Assembly: GCA_038245905.1 (NCBI GenBank)
Contig: JBBRRY010000002.1
Location: 181,606-245,605, forward strand
Source of the DNA: Thermoanaerobaculia bacterium
Lineage (GTDB): Bacteria > Acidobacteriota > Thermoanaerobaculia > UBA5066
Length of the DNA stretch: 64,000 nt
Reading direction: 5' to 3'
Every line of letters starts with the position of its first letter. The stretch's first letter is position 1. The translations under genes and the position numbers were made by a program. This document shows, piece by piece, positions 61,925-64,000 of this stretch. The notes under the pieces are model-generated. The model saw only the letters and a program-made list of their open reading frames with translations. It had not been told where the DNA came from and did no database searches.

Positions 61925-62982
61925 GCTGGAGGCAGCAGACCGGCTACGGCGGACGCGGCCTGCGCGGGGTCGCCCCCGAGAGAGAGCGCGAAGCAGGGGA
62001 CGGACTTCACGAGAGCCGCGAGCGAGGCGAGGGACGCAGCGCCGGCGCCGGGGAGCTGGAACACCGTGCTCGGGGCGAGCGCGCGAAACGCTTCTCCAGG
62101 CGGAAGCGGAAGCACGAACGTCTCGCCGTGTCCCGCCACACGGGGCACGACGAGAGCCCGTAGCGCGAAGCTCGAGGTATCGCCCCCGCCCGGGGCGGGC
62201 GGCAGGAGAAAAAGGGTCTTTCCGTCGGCGCTTCCGGCCCGCTCGAGTCGCGCGCCGATTCCCGGCAGCGCGGGACTCGAGGGCGCGAGCTTCGCGGTCC
62301 CGTAGAGCCGGTGCACGGCGGGACGCGGCGCGCCCGAGACGAGCGCGTAGTCATCGGCAAAATGTTCGAGGCCGGAGGCGCGGCAGAGCAGCGCGGTCGT
62401 GGATTTTCCGGAACCACCTGGGCCCACGAGGAGAAGCGCGTCCGTCCCCCGTCCGACCGCGGCGGCGTGGACGAGGTGCACTCCGTGCGCCCGGAAGAAC
62501 CATGAAAAGAGGGCAAGGAGCGGCGCGCCTCGTTCGTGGATCGTCAGGAGGCTCGCGTCCCGCACCCAGAAAAAGCCGCGCGCGGATGTCTCGTCGAACG
62601 CCGCGAGTCCTCCCGAGAGAGAGAGCGATGCGAAGACGGGCCCCTTCGAGAATCCGCGAATCTCGCCACGGGGCCCGAGATCGTCCGAGGTCCACGGAGC
62701 GGACGGCGGCCCAACGCCCGTCGAGGAGGTGTCCCAGAGGTTCACCGTGAGATCCGGAGCGGACCCGCCCGAGATCTCGAGAGATCCGAGCGCGTCGCGT
62801 GCGAACGACGCGAGCGCGTCGCCAGCGAAGACGAGCCGCACGACCCTGCCGGCGATCCGGAGCGTGAGAGCCCGCGTCCCGGCCGCGGCCGTGGCCTTTT
62901 CGAAGGCCTCCTCGAGTGTATGGGCGAGAACGGGGCCCCGGACAGACCGGCGGACCGCTGACGACGCCGGCGATCCGGTCAT
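61921..62982 (-). CDS. HPr kinase-related P-loop kinase
   Basis: VHAAAV, GPGGSGKSTT Walker A, ADDY acidic pair; ATGA overlaps on both sides. Confidence 0.8.
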   Translation of the reverse strand: MTGSPASSAVRRSVRGPVLAHTLEEAFEKATAAAGTRALTLRIAGRVVRLVFAGDALASFARDALGSLEISGGSAPDLTVNLWDTSSTGVGPPSAPWTSDDLGPRGEIRGFSKGPVFASLSLSGGLAAFDETSARGFFWVRDASLLTIHERGAPLLALFSWFFRAHGVHLVHAAAVGRGTDALLLVGPGGSGKSTTALLCRASGLEHFADDYALVSGAPRPAVHRLYGTAKLAPSSPALPGIGARLERAGSADGKTLFLLPPAPGGGDTSSFALRALVVPRVAGHGETFVLPLPPGEAFRALAPSTVFQLPGAGAASLASLAALVKSVPCFALSLGGDPAQAASAVAGLLPPA

Positions 62983-63437
62983 TCCGGCTTGGTGGAGGCC
63001 CCGGGCACGGCCCGCGGCCAGCCCGTCTCGTCGACCTCGTGAATCGGGTCGAGGAGGAGCAGATCCTGCATGTCTGTGAACTTCTCGAGGCGCGGCGGCG
63101 CGAAGGAGCCGGTCGAGAGCGCGCTCTCGACCGGCGGAAGCGGTTCCGGGGAGGCTCCCGCGGCTCGCAGGACGAGGAGGCCTTCCCTCAGGAGCTCGTC
63201 GAGGAAAAGTGCGAACCCTTCGCGCACGGCACCGGGCTCGACGCCGTGGCGCTCCGCGAGCACACCCGTGATTTCGGCGACGGGCGCGCCCGCCGCGGCG
63301 AGCCGGAAGGACTCCGCCGCGGTGCCGCGCAGCGAATAGTAGGAACCGGTCTCGAGATTGACGGCTACGATCTCGCCGTCGAACGCCTCGTAGGCGACCT
63401 TCGGCGTATTGACTCCGAATCCCGGCCCATCGGTCAT
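62979..63437 (-). CDS. PqqD/RRE-domain protein with C-terminal FAPPRLEKFTDMQDLLLLDPIHEVDETGWP tail
   Basis: N-terminal about 90 aa with three beta strands then three helices (FDGEIVAVNLETGSYYSL...FLDELLREGLL), Pro-rich linker, distinct tail. Confidence 0.8.
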   Translation of the reverse strand: MTDGPGFGVNTPKVAYEAFDGEIVAVNLETGSYYSLRGTAAESFRLAAAGAPVAEITGVLAERHGVEPGAVREGFALFLDELLREGLLVLRAAGASPEPLPPVESALSTGSFAPPRLEKFTDMQDLLLLDPIHEVDETGWPRAVPGASTKPE

Positions 63438-64000
63438 TTTTTCTCCGTCGCGGCTTGCCGGGAACGAGAATAACCGAAGGGGATTCCGCCCGCCGCGCTT
63501 CTCTCCGAGACGACGAGACCGCCCTCGAGGTGGACGATCCGATCGCAGCCCTCGGCGACCGCGGCGTCGTGCGTGACGACGAGAAGGGTCGTCCCAGGGA
63601 GCGCGGCCCTGAGGCGGGCGATGACGTCCTGAACCGTCTGGAGGTCGAGGTGCGCCGTCGGCTCGTCGAGAAGAAGGAGTGCGGGCCGGCGCAGGATCGC
63701 GCGGGCGAGTGCTACGCGCTGGCGGCCACCCCCCGAGAGGGTCGCGCCGTCCTCGCCGACCTGCGTCTCCCAACCCGAGGGAAGCGCCGCGACGATTCCG
63801 TCCAGGAACGCGAGCCGGGCGGCCTCGTCGAGCGCCTCGTGCGGGGCCCCCGGTGTTCCGTAGGTCACGTTCTCGGCGAGGGTCCCTCGGACGACGAGAG
63901 GTTCCTGGAGCACCGTGCCCGTCCTCCTTCGCAGCGAGACGGCGTCGAAGGTTCCGTACGGGAGACCGTCCGCGAGAAGACGGCCCGACCACGGCTCGGC
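63434..64000 (-). CDS. ABC transporter ATP-binding domain (5' end beyond the window)
   Basis: Q-loop VLQE, LSGGGRQR signature, LLLDEPT, VTHD; frame open to the window edge. Confidence 0.9.
   Translation of the reverse strand, partial: AEPWSGRLLADGLPYGTFDAVSLRRRTGTVLQEPLVVRGTLAENVTYGTPGAPHEALDEAARLAFLDGIVAALPSGWETQVGEDGATLSGGGRQRVALARAILRRPALLLLDEPTAHLDLQTVQDVIARLRAALPGTTLLVVTHDAAVAEGCDRIVHLEGGLVVSERSAAGGIPFGYSRSRQAATEKK

Noticed and set aside
58540-64000. Calling the terminal operon a standard lasso-peptide or PQQ cluster
   Set aside because: No asparagine-synthetase-like cyclase, transglutaminase-like peptidase, pqqB/C/E or separate precursor in the window; upstream genes are not visible, so the class is left open

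Overview
A very GC-rich bacterial chromosomal segment, mostly core genome. The gene content and FtsZ N-terminal extension suggest Acidobacteriota, but that is inference. In order it carries: an ABC-2 exporter; a small-ORF/nucleotidyltransferase pair; malic enzyme; ychF; tRNA-Glu(CTC); nifJ (PFOR) with a DHODH-like gene; MscS coupled to a SpoIIE phosphatase; an Hsp70-like gene; a TonB-dependent receptor; several housekeeping genes; a dcw cluster (mraZ-rsmH-ftsL-ftsI-murE-mraY-murD-ftsW-murG-murC-ftsQ-ftsA-ftsZ, with no murF, murB or ddl) with four phased MraZ boxes; RNase D; mfd, a PPIase and a SurA-like gene; a nine-heme cytochrome c/cytochrome b pair with a two-component system; and a block of secreted peptidases. 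The most notable items are: (1) a coupled operon at the right edge (ABC transporter, PqqD/RRE protein with a leader-like FxxPxL tail, HPr-kinase-like enzyme, GT2, GT39-like, nucleotidyltransferase) that may be an undescribed RiPP-like or protein-modification system; (2) a SurA-type chaperone fused in frame to an outer-membrane beta-barrel; (3) a short AT-rich repeat embedded in frame in murE (two inverted copies) and murC; (4) about ten genes with a -10-like hexamer 6-7 nt before the start codon (leaderless layout), one apparently starting at ATC. No transposases, integrases, prophage genes or CRISPR arrays were seen. All calls are by eye from motifs; no database searches were run.
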